Shown: one piece after another, positions 31,001 to 39,749 of the stretch
Position numbering within the stretch: the first letter of the stretch is position 1
Layout of the letters: the number at the start of each line of letters is the position of its first letter
Assembly (NCBI GenBank): GCA_003158475.1
Contig: PMJR01000029.1
Span: forward strand, 1-63,844
DNA from: Ignavibacteriota bacterium
GTDB taxonomy: Bacteria; Bacteroidota; Ignavibacteria; UBA10030; UBA6906
Direction of reading: 5' to 3'
DNA: 63,844 nucleotides
Made by a program: the position numbers and the translations under genes
Notes under the pieces: generated by a model
The model's input: the letters and a program-made list of their open reading frames with translations, nothing else
The model's database searches: none
What the model was told of the DNA's origin: nothing

Positions 31001-32036
31001 CGAGGGGGTGTACGAGAAGCTTCTCCCCATGTTCGGAGAAATCGCCGCCGCGCACCCGGGCTTCCAGGTGATCGTCACGGCGATCGACAGTTACGGCGCT
31101 CCCGAAATGCGGGAGAATCTGGGGGTTGACATGAACTCCATACTCGCCCTTCAGAAAAAATACGGGTTCCTGCTCCAGGTCGAAGATGCCGAGCGCTTCT
31201 GGGCGACACTCCCTTCCCGGTACATCGACATCGGGAACAGATACTCCCGGCTCCTCGGTGGCCGGGGAAGCCTGCTGCTCGACCTGAATATTATTGCGAG
31301 GAGCAAGCCCGACCAGGTGACCCCCTTTCCGACGCTCATACAAACCGGGACCGAGAGCTTCCACCTCGTGCGCGCGGCGTCACTCGGCGCGCCCCGTATG
31401 ACGATCTACTCCGAATCAAGCGTCAATCCGCAGGACCTGAAATTCTTTGCCTTCGCGCTTGCCAGTGAGGTGCAGTACCGGCGTACGGGGCACGGATACG
31501 AGGTTTCCTCACCGTACTCATTCACCCTGAAACTTCCCCCCGGCGTCAAGGAGATCCGCATCGACGGCATGCTCCATTCCCCCTCCAGGGAGAATGTGTT
31601 CCTGATCCCCGCGGGCACGCACACGGTCGAAGCGGGGGGAGACCAGAGCCCCGCCTTTTCGACCCACGAACTGGATTCCAGGATCCTGTCCATCAATGGA
31701 AATCTCCTCTCGGTCGTTCAGGGCATCCGCACGATGTCATTCACGTATGAATCGGACACGCGTGCGCTGGTGGCGCTCAACCGCGAAGCCACGGCACTCA
31801 GCGTGGATGGCGAGGCGTACCCCTTTACGGCGCTCAGGGGGAACGACTGCTTCACCATCGTGCTACCCCCGGGGAAGCACAGCGTCCGCCTTGTCGTGGG
31901 GGACGTCGTCTCGTACGGGGTCAGCCTCACATCCTTCTGGTCTTCCAATGCCATTGCGGTCTTCGGGTCGTTTGCCGTCCTGTTGCTTCTGGCGATGTAC
32001 ATCACGCTGAAAATCGTGAAGCGGCGGTACGCATGA
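28092..32036 (+). CDS. 1314-aa secreted, C-terminally membrane-anchored multidomain protein: DUF2334-type polysaccharide-deacetylase-like domain plus GATase1-like module plus glycoside-hydrolase-like TIM-barrel region
   Basis: GTG start with AAGGGAG RBS. Signal peptide: LRRCVLPLVLLFVLITNAPAASG. DUF2334-like block: LIRIEDVNPL...NIPFLVGVIPIY...VMHGVTHQY...WETPHYTAS. GH-like block: ILHVSGWHEYP...NGILVYAWIEPPQV...DWDGVDLAELYFE. C-terminal TM helix: AVFGSFAVLLLLAMYITL. ATGA overlap with the next gene. CDS existence is high confidence; function is moderate. Confidence 0.7.
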   Translation: MLRRCVLPLVLLFVLITNAPAASGDEGSPTKVLIIVEGGTSMRSSAIARGRELATLLGHFNATSRVLGVDEYVPHTFSRYDLVFYIGFSAVYTPPVRFQDDVLSSPTPVIWMDTGFHEFSSRPEVKKKYGFSVSHIDSLGVFDVVRAGDLTFTKGEPNINMIEIADRKKVTVIATALSSGKNWEIPYMVRSGNLLYIADCPFASATETDRYLYFADMLHDLLRQPHEASHTALIRIEDVNPLENPAKLREIADILSSRNIPFLVGVIPIYVSPGEGIRVTLSDRPDLVDALKYMVQNGGTIVMHGVTHQYRGTTAVDYEFWDETTNRAVREETVEGITHKLDMGIQEFMKNGLYPLVWETPHYTASTKLYETVSKYFSTAMEQRLAIEDAEAGQYFPYMINRDLYGQRIIPENLGYVPLDPDPAVGEAAVRRIIAAARINLAVRDGFASCFFHAFVDLGLLKEIVDGVQALGYTYMDVKDLTHWVRLKDRIILCGSQDYTITLDDQYLQETTFDRNGDIIATTTSEKRIKGAVTRHITLEQGQIYKAEPAEMREKSPSLAERVLSGAGKVYERLTGQEESWQEARVAILWNQFAEGAAFNDQASFAGVMKSVNIVLDTLFVGQKVNPGPYNLLFVPYTFVDSLSDEDHDAITRFVREGGCVVTDMPTELSKELGITSGETRLKVTHVRDRMFPDERIVWRYAELATKFDAEEIEEVFCVDQDSDAPLAVGKSFGKGKVIYFATRFDPRSREGYSLYPYLLEYIGKYFRLGPVVRHDRLEVYFEPGSRARTMSTEALVKQWVRLGVSILHVSGWHEYPKYTYDYQRLITLAHANGILVYAWIEPPQVSQKFWNEHPEWREKNVDDADTRASWRYPVALTDTACLRAMAAEYRKLLGQFDWDGVDLAELYFESGRGFQDPLLFTPMHPSALADFRKKHRFDLDEVLDSTSVYYWKVNPDARRLVVEYRVKALEGVYEKLLPMFGEIAAAHPGFQVIVTAIDSYGAPEMRENLGVDMNSILALQKKYGFLLQVEDAERFWATLPSRYIDIGNRYSRLLGGRGSLLLDLNIIARSKPDQVTPFPTLIQTGTESFHLVRAASLGAPRMTIYSESSVNPQDLKFFAFALASEVQYRRTGHGYEVSSPYSFTLKLPPGVKEIRIDGMLHSPSRENVFLIPAGTHTVEAGGDQSPAFSTHELDSRILSINGNLLSVVQGIRTMSFTYESDTRALVALNREATALSVDGEAYPFTALRGNDCFTIVLPPGKHSVRLVVGDVVSYGVSLTSFWSSNAIAVFGSFAVLLLLAMYITLKIVKRRYA

Positions 32037-33310
32037 CCTTCCTGGAAATCGATCTCAGCCTCCTGTTCGTCATTGCGGTCATCCTGATCTGGTTCATGAT
32101 CGCCTACCAGTTCGTCCTGACCGTTTTCGGTTACATCAACTACCTGAAATCGTTGAACCGGAAGCTCGCCATCGACCGCATGACGTTCGACTACCCCTCG
32201 TGCACAATACTCATTCCCGCCCACAACGAAGAAAAAGTCATCGCGGCCACGATTGACTCGATGCTCCGCCTGGAGTACCCGAAGGACAGGCTGAACATTC
32301 TCGTCATCAACGACGGGTCCACCGACGCAACGCGCGACATCATCCTGGGGGCTGCTGCGAGGGACCGGCGTGTCACATTGTTCGACGTTCCCCGCGGGGA
32401 GGGGGGAAGGGGAAAATCCCGCGCGCTCAACCTCGCCATGACGCTGGTGGCGAGCGAAGTGATCGCCGTCTACGACGCGGACAACACGCCGGACAAACAC
32501 GCGCTCCGGTACCTTGTTGCACAGTTGGTTGGCAACGAGGAACTGGGCGCCGCGCTCGGCAAGTTCCGCACGGTGAACAAGGACGTCAACCTCCTGACCC
32601 GGTTCATCAACATCGAGACGCTCAGTTTCCAGTCCATGCTTCAGGCCGGGCGCTGGCAGATGCACAACATTGCAACGCTGCCGGGGACGAACTTCGTCAT
32701 CTGGACCTGGCTGATCCGGCAACTCAAAGGGTGGGACGAGGAAGCCCTGACGGAAGATTCGGAGCTGAGTATCAGGATTTACCAGGAGGGATACAAGATC
32801 AAGTTCGTGCCGTACGCGATCACCTACGAGCAGGAGCCCCAGACCTGGGGTGTCTGGGTGCGTCAGCGGACCCGGTGGGTGCGGGGGAACAACTACGTGC
32901 TGGGAAAATTCCTGAAGCAGATCCGCCGGTTCCGGAACAAGCGGGTGATGTTCGACGTGCTCTACACCCTCTCCCTGTACTACGTTTTTTTTGTCGCGAT
33001 CGTGATTTCCGATTTGCTGTTCATCGTGAGCGCCGCAAATCTGGTGACTATCTCACTCCCGGGTCCGTACACGTTTGTCTGGATCATGGCGTTCTTTCTC
33101 TTCCTGGGCGAGACGATGCTTGCGATCTCCTACGACGGGGAGGACCATATCAGGCGCATACCGGTACTGGTCCTCATGTATTTCACTTATTGCCAGCTCT
33201 GGATTTACATCGTGATCAAGGCGCTCTGGATCGAGTACATAAAAAAAGAGAAGCGGACGTGGGACAAAACCATCCGCTTCGACGTCAGTTCCTCCGCCGG
33301 CATGCAGTGA
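32033..33310 (+). CDS. Processive family-2 glycosyltransferase (PgaC/IcaA/NodC-like polysaccharide synthase)
   Basis: 425 aa. N-terminal TM helix. Motifs: ILIPAHNEE, NDGSTDAT, VYDADN (DxD), TEDSELS and QRTRWVRG (QxxRW). 3-4 C-terminal TM helices. Confidence 0.85.
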   Translation: MTFLEIDLSLLFVIAVILIWFMIAYQFVLTVFGYINYLKSLNRKLAIDRMTFDYPSCTILIPAHNEEKVIAATIDSMLRLEYPKDRLNILVINDGSTDATRDIILGAAARDRRVTLFDVPRGEGGRGKSRALNLAMTLVASEVIAVYDADNTPDKHALRYLVAQLVGNEELGAALGKFRTVNKDVNLLTRFINIETLSFQSMLQAGRWQMHNIATLPGTNFVIWTWLIRQLKGWDEEALTEDSELSIRIYQEGYKIKFVPYAITYEQEPQTWGVWVRQRTRWVRGNNYVLGKFLKQIRRFRNKRVMFDVLYTLSLYYVFFVAIVISDLLFIVSAANLVTISLPGPYTFVWIMAFFLFLGETMLAISYDGEDHIRRIPVLVLMYFTYCQLWIYIVIKALWIEYIKKEKRTWDKTIRFDVSSSAGMQ

Positions 33311-33330
33311 ACGCTCCGGTCTCTCCGGGC

Positions 33331-33819
33331 TTACTCTTTGCTCACGGGCTCGGGAGTGACATCCACACCATACTCCGCCAGGAGCGCTTTCAACTCGGCG
33401 TACTCTGCAGTCCTCATGTAGACACCGCAGTTCCTGCACGTATCGCTCTTCCCCTGCCACGTTTTCCCGCTCACCATCCAGCACGGAGATTCGTCGGCTG
33501 TAACCCGGGGACATGCCGCTTTCTGCTCCTCGGAGCACCCGTTCATCTTCCAGCACGGGACCAGCGACATCAGCCGGCGTATCCCGGCGATGCTCACCTT
33601 TTCCGTATTGATCGTCCTGCGGATGGAGCGTATTCTCTCGAGATCCCCTTCCGCGAAGAGTCTGTGCCGCGAGGCTTTCCTGATCGGGATGATCAAACCT
33701 TCACGTTCATACATCCGTATCGTGGGGACGGAAACGCCGATCAGGTCCGCCGCCTCACCGATCGTGTAGAGTCTCTGTCCGGTTTTCTGCATCATTGCTG
33801 ACGTCGTATTCGCATACAT
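33331..33819 (-). CDS. MerR-family transcriptional regulator with a six-cysteine C-terminal domain
   Basis: HTH region: YTIGEAADLIGVSVPTIRMYEREGLI. C-terminal region: VPCWKMNGCSEEQKAACPRVTADESPCW...DTCRNCG. The start may be MMQKTG (33795). Confidence 0.8.
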   Translation of the reverse strand: MYANTTSAMMQKTGQRLYTIGEAADLIGVSVPTIRMYEREGLIIPIRKASRHRLFAEGDLERIRSIRRTINTEKVSIAGIRRLMSLVPCWKMNGCSEEQKAACPRVTADESPCWMVSGKTWQGKSDTCRNCGVYMRTAEYAELKALLAEYGVDVTPEPVSKE

Positions 33820-33946
33820 AGCAAGACTCCCTTGATACTATGTCTAAAACTAACAGATTTTGTGCCAGTTGCGTAATCGCGGAATTTGGCATAATTTGGA
33901 GGTTCCTCTTTTGTACCCGGAGACGATTCCGAACTTTGGGTCATCA

Positions 33947-33979
33947 GAATTCTCATAATTGGAGAATTAATGCGAATTC
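33947..33979. promoter_or_regulatory. 33-nt imperfect palindrome (candidate operator) in the MerR / flavoprotein divergent region
   Basis: GAATTC-t-CATAATT-ggag-AATTAATG-c-GAATTC. A related half-site, CATAATTTGGAGG, occurs at 33890-33902. A TTGTAT-17-TATCTT promoter-like element follows at 33990-34018. Confidence 0.4.
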
Positions 33980-34039
33980 ATCCGCCCGGTTGTATCTTGC
34001 AGGACGCGCCTCTATCTTGATTCAAAGCAGGGAGATTTC

Positions 34040-37000
34040 ATGCAGCTTCACACACCCGGGTACACGTTCCAGGACCTTTTTGAGCCCCGTCGCCTTGCAG
34101 GGCTGACGGACCTGTTCGCAGAGCAGATCCGCACGAGCGATCCTGATCTCCACGGCCGCTATTCGGAGTACCGCGCGGGGCGCTTACTCGGGAGCGTCGC
34201 GTTGTCGGCCCTTCTGACGGATCTCGGTCCGCACGTCGGCAGTTTTCTCGCCCGGATTTTCGGCGTCGAACAGGAGTATGCCGCCATGAAGCTGCGGGCA
34301 TCCCGCGACGCAGTCATATTCAGTATCAAGAGGGATTTCTTCGTTCGACGCGTCCTGAAGAAGTACGGCGAATCCACCCTGATGAGGGGCGATCTCGCGC
34401 CGCTGGAACGGGAAACGCGGAGGATCATGGACGCGCTCCCCGGTATCCCCCGGACAGGTGATGAGCTGGAAATCGCTTCGGCGGTTCATCTCCTCCTCGC
34501 TCACGAACGGTACATCAAATCTGATCTTCCTCCCGAAACGCGGGAATTCCTTTCCGGGATCGCGCGCGTTCTGGTGACTGATCCCGGGAATCATGATGAC
34601 GACCTGAAGTCGTTCCTCGCGTCTCTCCTTGCATCATTCGAAAAATTCCTGGCACTCCTCTATTACACGGGCGGTCACCGGACAAGCGGGTGGGCGCTCT
34701 TCCGGGTTTCCGGCTCCTTCGACTTTCAGCATCTTGTGGATTCCGATGTTTCCGGGGGTCCCCTTCCGGGATCGCACAGCGGAATCGCGTCACACCTCAG
34801 GCGCCGGGACGGATTCGATCTTACCGACAAGCGCTTTGGCTTGAGGGAGGTGGAGAGCGAGATCGACTATTGCATTTTCTGCCACGCGCGGGACAAGGAC
34901 TCCTGCTCCAAGGGGTTTCGCACCGACGAGGGGTACCGGAAAAATCCGCTCGGCTTTGAATTGAAAGGGTGTCCGCTCGACCAGAAGATCTCCGAATCCC
35001 ACCTTCTGATGAACGGGGGGGACGCGCTCGGCGCCCTTGCCGTCATCATGCTCGACAACCCGATGGTACCCGGAACCGGACACCGGATATGCAACGATTG
35101 CATGAAGGCCTGCATCTACCAGAAGCAGGACCCCGTGGACATCCCGCAGATCGAAACGCGCATACTGACGCAGGTGCTGGGCCTCCCGTACGGGTTCGAA
35201 ATTTATTCGCTCCTCACGCGCTGGAACCCGCTCAACGCGTCGCGCCCCCACGCGCTCCCCTACAACGGGATGAACATCCTCATCGTCGGTCTCGGTCCGG
35301 CCGGCTACACGCTTGCCCATTACTTTCTGAATGAAGGGTTTGGCGTCGTTGCAGTCGATGGCCTGAAAATCGAGCCTCTGCCTGAAGAGCTCGTCGGGGA
35401 CGGATCGGGCTCGTTCGTCCCGATCAGGGATTTCAGCGCCGTAAGAACATCACTGAGCACACGGGTCCTTGCGGGCTTCGGCGGAGTCTCAGAATACGGT
35501 ATCACCGTCCGGTGGGACAAGAACTTTCTGACAGTGCTGCACCTGAACCTCATCCGCCGCCGGCATTTCCGGGTCTACGACGGGATCCGGTTCGGAGGCA
35601 CAATTTCGCTGGAAGAGGCATGGACATACGGATTCGCGCACGTCTGCTTTGCCACCGGAGCCGGGAAGCCGACGTTCATTTCCGTGAAGAACAACCTTAT
35701 CCGGGGGGTCAGAAAGGCGAGCGATTTCCTGATGGCGCTCCAGCTCACCGGTGCCGGGAAGAGAGACTCGATGGCGAACCTCCAGGTCCGTCTTCCTGCC
35801 GTGGTAATCGGCGGTGGACTGACGGCAATCGACACGGCCACCGAGCTCATGAGCTACTACCCGGTCCAGGTGTCGAAAATCAGGCGTCGGTACGATCTCC
35901 TCGTGGCACGCTATGGAAAAGCGCACGTCGATGCCATGTTCGATGCGGAAGAGAAAGTGATCCTCGACGAATTCCTCCTGCACGCGCAGGCGGTGGATGC
36001 AGAGCGGAAGCGCGCGGCGGAGGCGGGGGAAACGCCGGACTTCATACCGCTCCTCAGATCATGGGGAGGAGTCCGTATTTACTACAGGAAATCGATGCTC
36101 GATTCGCCCGCCTACAGGCTCAACCATGAAGAGATCATCAAAGGTCTCGAGGAAGGGATATCGTTCATTGAGTGCATGAATCCCGTCGAAGTCGTACCCG
36201 ACGAACACGGTGCAATCCGTGAAATGATATTTGAACGCATGAGCCAGTCAGGCGGGAAATGGGTGCGGACAGGTGAAATCTTCCGTGTCCCCGCGCGGAG
36301 CGCCATGGTGGCGGCAGGGACAGTCCCGAACGTCATGTACGAGCGGGAACACCCCGGGACGTTCGGCATGGACGGCGACGACGAATTCTTCAGCGCGCAC
36401 TCGATCGACGACGATCTGAGCGGAAGGCACCTCGTCCCTGCCGCCAGAGGAGAAGAGGGGTTTTTCACCTCCTACGCGCACAACGGCAGATTTGTGACGT
36501 ATTACGGCGACAACCATCCTGCGTTCGCGGGAAACGTCGTCAAAGCCATGGCCTCAGCGAAGCAGGGATACAGGGCGGTTCTTCATCTGCTGGAAGAGGA
36601 GCTGCGCGCCGCCCGCATGGTCGACACGAACGATCGTCCATGGAGAGAGCTGATCGGCCGTCTCGATAACGAACTCCGCGGCCGCGTCGTTGCCGTACAC
36701 CGCCTCACGCCAACGATTACAGAAGTCGTTGTCAGAGCTCCCAGAGCGGCCGGGAGTTTCCGCCCCGGCCAGTTCTACCGCCTGCAGAATTACGAGGTGG
36801 ATTCGCTCCGCATCGAGGATACGCTGGTCATGATGGAAGGAATCGCTCTCACCGGTGCGTGGGTGGACAGGGAGGAGGGGACGATCGGGCTGGTCGCCTT
36901 GGAAGTCGGCGCAAGCTCCCGTATGTGCGCGCTCCTTGCGCCGGGCCAGCGCGTGGTGGTGATGGGTCCCACCGGCTCTCCCACCGAGATAACGGAAAAC

Positions 37001-37648
37001 GGGACCGTCCTCCTCCTCGGGGGGGGGCTCGGGAATGCCGTCCTTTTCTCCATCGCAAAGGCCTTCAAAGAGAAGAATAACAGGGTCATCTACTTTGCCG
37101 GCTACAGAAAGAAAGAGGACTTCTTCAAACGGGAGGAGATCGAAGCGAACACCGATATCGTCGTCTACAGCGTTGATGCCGGAGAACCTATCGGAACCCT
37201 GCGTCCGCAGGACAGGTCCTGCGTGGGGACGATCATAGAGGCGATGCTCCGTTACGGGCAAGGGGGGCTCGGTCAGGTGTCCCTCCCATTGAGCGCCGCA
37301 TCGAGGATCATCGCAATCGGGTCGGACCGGATGATGGCTGCCGTCGCCCGTGCCCGCCATGACACGCTCCACCCCTACCTGAACAAAAACCACGTGGCAA
37401 TCGCCTCCATCAACTCCCCGATGCAGTGCATGATGAAAGCGGTCTGCGCCCAGTGTCTCCAGCGCCACGTCGATCCCGTGACGGGGAAGGAGGAATTCGT
37501 CTTTACATGCGTCAACCAGGATCAGCTCATGGACGAGGTCGATTTCGGCAACCTCGGCCGTCGCCTGAAAGCGAACAGCGTGCTGGAAAAAATTACAAAC
37601 AGGTGGCTGGACTACATCCTGGAGACCCATCCCATCCCCCGTGTTTGA
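34040..37648 (+). CDS. 1202-aa fused oxidoreductase: unknown N-terminal domain plus GltD/NfnB-like Fe-S/FAD/NAD(P) module plus PyrK/NfnA-like FAD/[2Fe-2S] ferredoxin-reductase module
   Basis: Cys clusters: CIFCHARDKDSC...GCPLDQKI...HRICNDCMKACIY. Rossmann motifs: ILIVGLGPAGYTLAHYF and VVIGGGLTAIDTATE. PyrK-like C-terminus: FRPGQFYRL, LLGGGLGNAV and CMMKAVCAQCLQ...FTC. Confidence 0.75.
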   Translation: MQLHTPGYTFQDLFEPRRLAGLTDLFAEQIRTSDPDLHGRYSEYRAGRLLGSVALSALLTDLGPHVGSFLARIFGVEQEYAAMKLRASRDAVIFSIKRDFFVRRVLKKYGESTLMRGDLAPLERETRRIMDALPGIPRTGDELEIASAVHLLLAHERYIKSDLPPETREFLSGIARVLVTDPGNHDDDLKSFLASLLASFEKFLALLYYTGGHRTSGWALFRVSGSFDFQHLVDSDVSGGPLPGSHSGIASHLRRRDGFDLTDKRFGLREVESEIDYCIFCHARDKDSCSKGFRTDEGYRKNPLGFELKGCPLDQKISESHLLMNGGDALGALAVIMLDNPMVPGTGHRICNDCMKACIYQKQDPVDIPQIETRILTQVLGLPYGFEIYSLLTRWNPLNASRPHALPYNGMNILIVGLGPAGYTLAHYFLNEGFGVVAVDGLKIEPLPEELVGDGSGSFVPIRDFSAVRTSLSTRVLAGFGGVSEYGITVRWDKNFLTVLHLNLIRRRHFRVYDGIRFGGTISLEEAWTYGFAHVCFATGAGKPTFISVKNNLIRGVRKASDFLMALQLTGAGKRDSMANLQVRLPAVVIGGGLTAIDTATELMSYYPVQVSKIRRRYDLLVARYGKAHVDAMFDAEEKVILDEFLLHAQAVDAERKRAAEAGETPDFIPLLRSWGGVRIYYRKSMLDSPAYRLNHEEIIKGLEEGISFIECMNPVEVVPDEHGAIREMIFERMSQSGGKWVRTGEIFRVPARSAMVAAGTVPNVMYEREHPGTFGMDGDDEFFSAHSIDDDLSGRHLVPAARGEEGFFTSYAHNGRFVTYYGDNHPAFAGNVVKAMASAKQGYRAVLHLLEEELRAARMVDTNDRPWRELIGRLDNELRGRVVAVHRLTPTITEVVVRAPRAAGSFRPGQFYRLQNYEVDSLRIEDTLVMMEGIALTGAWVDREEGTIGLVALEVGASSRMCALLAPGQRVVVMGPTGSPTEITENGTVLLLGGGLGNAVLFSIAKAFKEKNNRVIYFAGYRKKEDFFKREEIEANTDIVVYSVDAGEPIGTLRPQDRSCVGTIIEAMLRYGQGGLGQVSLPLSAASRIIAIGSDRMMAAVARARHDTLHPYLNKNHVAIASINSPMQCMMKAVCAQCLQRHVDPVTGKEEFVFTCVNQDQLMDEVDFGNLGRRLKANSVLEKITNRWLDYILETHPIPRV

Positions 37649-37649
37649 G

Positions 37650-37690
37650 CGACAATACTCCCGGAGCATTGTCGTCCTCTCTTTCGAGAA
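37650..37690 (+). terminator. Candidate terminator after the flavoprotein gene
   Basis: CGACAAT (37650-37656), 11-nt loop, ATTGTCG (37668-37674), followed by pyrimidine-rich TCCTCTCTTTCG. The U-tract is weak. Confidence 0.4.
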
Positions 37691-37697
37691 CCTCCCA

Positions 37698-37726
37698 GGA
37701 ACTTTACGCTCGCCGTACGTCTTTAG
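37698..37726 (+). promoter_or_regulatory. ECF-type promoter candidate upstream of the CHRD gene
   Basis: GGAACTT-tacgctcgccgta-CGTCTT. The AAC-N15-CGT spacing is identical to the motif upstream of the neighbouring ECF sigma gene. It lies ~90 nt upstream of ATG 37817. Confidence 0.3.
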
Positions 37727-37816
37727 TATGTGAGGACCTCTTGCCCGGTCCGCTTGTATTCCTGTGTCACGTTCGATAATTCAAGATCCAATACCAGCAC
37801 CAGGTACGGAGGAGAT

Positions 37817-39730
37817 ATGAAGAGAACGCTTCTGTTTCGTCTGGGGGTCATGCTCATGGCTCTCTTGCCGTGTGCCGCGTCAGCCCAGATACATTTCACG
37901 GCAAGTCTGGACGGTGCGCAGGATGGCGGTGTGATCACCGCCGCTACCGGCACAGGCTCATTCGACCTGAGTGAAGATCTCACGCAACTTCACTATATTA
38001 TCAGCTACCAGGGACTCAGCGGACCCCTGACCGGCGGCGGGCATTTTCATACCGGTCTTCCCGGTGTCGCGGGTGGGATTGTGAGACATATCGCAACGGC
38101 GGGACGTCCGGCCTCTTCCACGCTCTCCGGGACCTGGTCGGTCTCCGATGGCTCGGAACCTCTGACCCCCGCGCTCGTGGACTCACTCCTTGCCGGGAAA
38201 GTCTACGTGAACTTCCATACTGCCGCAAACTCGGGTGGGGAGATACGCGGGCAGCTTACTCTTGCCACCTCCCTCCATTTTGAGGCGAGCTTCAGCGGTT
38301 CTCAGGAGACATCGCCAAATACACTCAAAGGTGGTGGAACTGCTGTCGTGGTGCTGAACAAGGGGAGGGGACAGATCGACTACTGGATCACATACCGCGG
38401 GCTGAGTGACTCCGCAACCGCGGGGCATTTCCACACAGGAGCGGCTGGGATCGCCGGTCCCTTTGTCAGGGGGCTTATCACAGGGAAAGCGCCGAATTCA
38501 AACACACTCAACGGAAGCTGGAAGTTCACCGACGGAACGCAGCCGCTGACAAACGCACTTATTGATTCACTGATCGCGGGACACATGTATCTGAATTTTC
38601 ACACAGCCCAAAACCCCGGGGGGGAAATTCGAGGTCAACTCGTTCTCAAAGGGGGAACCGGCTTTGTCGCATCGCCTGACGGTGCCCACGAATTCACTCC
38701 GAACGCGTTCCCCGGCACGGGAACCGGCTCATTCATACTGAATGCCGCGCGGAACCAGGTCTCATACAATATCACGTATATCGGTCTCTCGTCGAACGCA
38801 ACAGGGGGCCATATCCATGTCGGGGCTCCCGGAGTAAACGGTGGCGTCGTCAAGCCCGTCGGGGTGACGGGCGACTCGTCTGAGGCCACTGATATCGGCA
38901 CGTGGAATACAACCGACGCGTTGTACCCGCTTACCGCGGCGCTTGTCGACTCCATGCTGATTGGGAGCACATATGCGAATTTCCACACGACAAACAACCC
39001 CGGGGGTGAGATACGGGGGGCGCTGAATTTGACCACGGGTGTAGGCTTCACAGCCCGGATCGATGCGAGCCAGGAAACCTCCCCATCCGACACATCACAC
39101 GCTGTCGGGACCGGGTCATTCGGCATAAGCCCGGGGCGGGACACGATCAATTACAGCATCACGTACTACGGGCTGTCGGGAAACACCACCGCCGGACATT
39201 TCCATATCGCCCCGGCGGGTCATGCCGGAGGCGTCGTGAAATCGATCACCGGGGCTGCCGGTGCGGCGATAACGTACACAGGAAACTGGACGAGCACGGA
39301 CGCCTCACAGGCGCTCACGCAGGCATATGCGGAGTCCCTCTTTGTCGGGAAAATGTACGTGAATTTCCACTCGGCGCTCTTTCCGGGGGGGGAGACACGT
39401 GGGCAGCTCCTGTACGGGAGCGACGTTGTCGCTTCTGTCGGGCCGGTGAGAGGCGTTCTTCCGGGACAATTCAATCTTGATCAGAACTATCCCAACCCGT
39501 TCAACCCGGCGACCGTGATCGGCTTCCAGCTTTCGAAGTCCTCACAGGTTTCGCTCATCGTGTACAACATACTGGGCGAACGGGTCGCCACGCTCGTCGA
39601 AGGCGTGAAAGCCCCGGGAGCATATCAGGTGAGGTTCGATGCGTCCCGTTTCTCGAGCGGCGTGTATTTCTACCGGCTCACGGCCGACGGCGCTCTCCTT
39701 GAGACGCGCAAGATGATGCTTCTCAAGTGA
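37817..39730 (+). CDS. Secreted protein with four tandem CHRD domains and a T9SS type-A C-terminal sorting domain
   Basis: Start at MKRTLLFRLGVMLMALLPCAASAQ (GGAGGAG RBS); the track ORF begins 87 nt earlier. There are four ~128-aa repeats, each with GHFH/GHIH...VNFHT...GGEIRGQL. C-terminus: NYPNPFNPATVIGFQL...GVYFYRL...LLK. Confidence 0.85.
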   Translation: MKRTLLFRLGVMLMALLPCAASAQIHFTASLDGAQDGGVITAATGTGSFDLSEDLTQLHYIISYQGLSGPLTGGGHFHTGLPGVAGGIVRHIATAGRPASSTLSGTWSVSDGSEPLTPALVDSLLAGKVYVNFHTAANSGGEIRGQLTLATSLHFEASFSGSQETSPNTLKGGGTAVVVLNKGRGQIDYWITYRGLSDSATAGHFHTGAAGIAGPFVRGLITGKAPNSNTLNGSWKFTDGTQPLTNALIDSLIAGHMYLNFHTAQNPGGEIRGQLVLKGGTGFVASPDGAHEFTPNAFPGTGTGSFILNAARNQVSYNITYIGLSSNATGGHIHVGAPGVNGGVVKPVGVTGDSSEATDIGTWNTTDALYPLTAALVDSMLIGSTYANFHTTNNPGGEIRGALNLTTGVGFTARIDASQETSPSDTSHAVGTGSFGISPGRDTINYSITYYGLSGNTTAGHFHIAPAGHAGGVVKSITGAAGAAITYTGNWTSTDASQALTQAYAESLFVGKMYVNFHSALFPGGETRGQLLYGSDVVASVGPVRGVLPGQFNLDQNYPNPFNPATVIGFQLSKSSQVSLIVYNILGERVATLVEGVKAPGAYQVRFDASRFSSGVYFYRLTADGALLETRKMMLLK

Positions 39731-39749
39731 GTTCCGGCTCAAATGAAAT

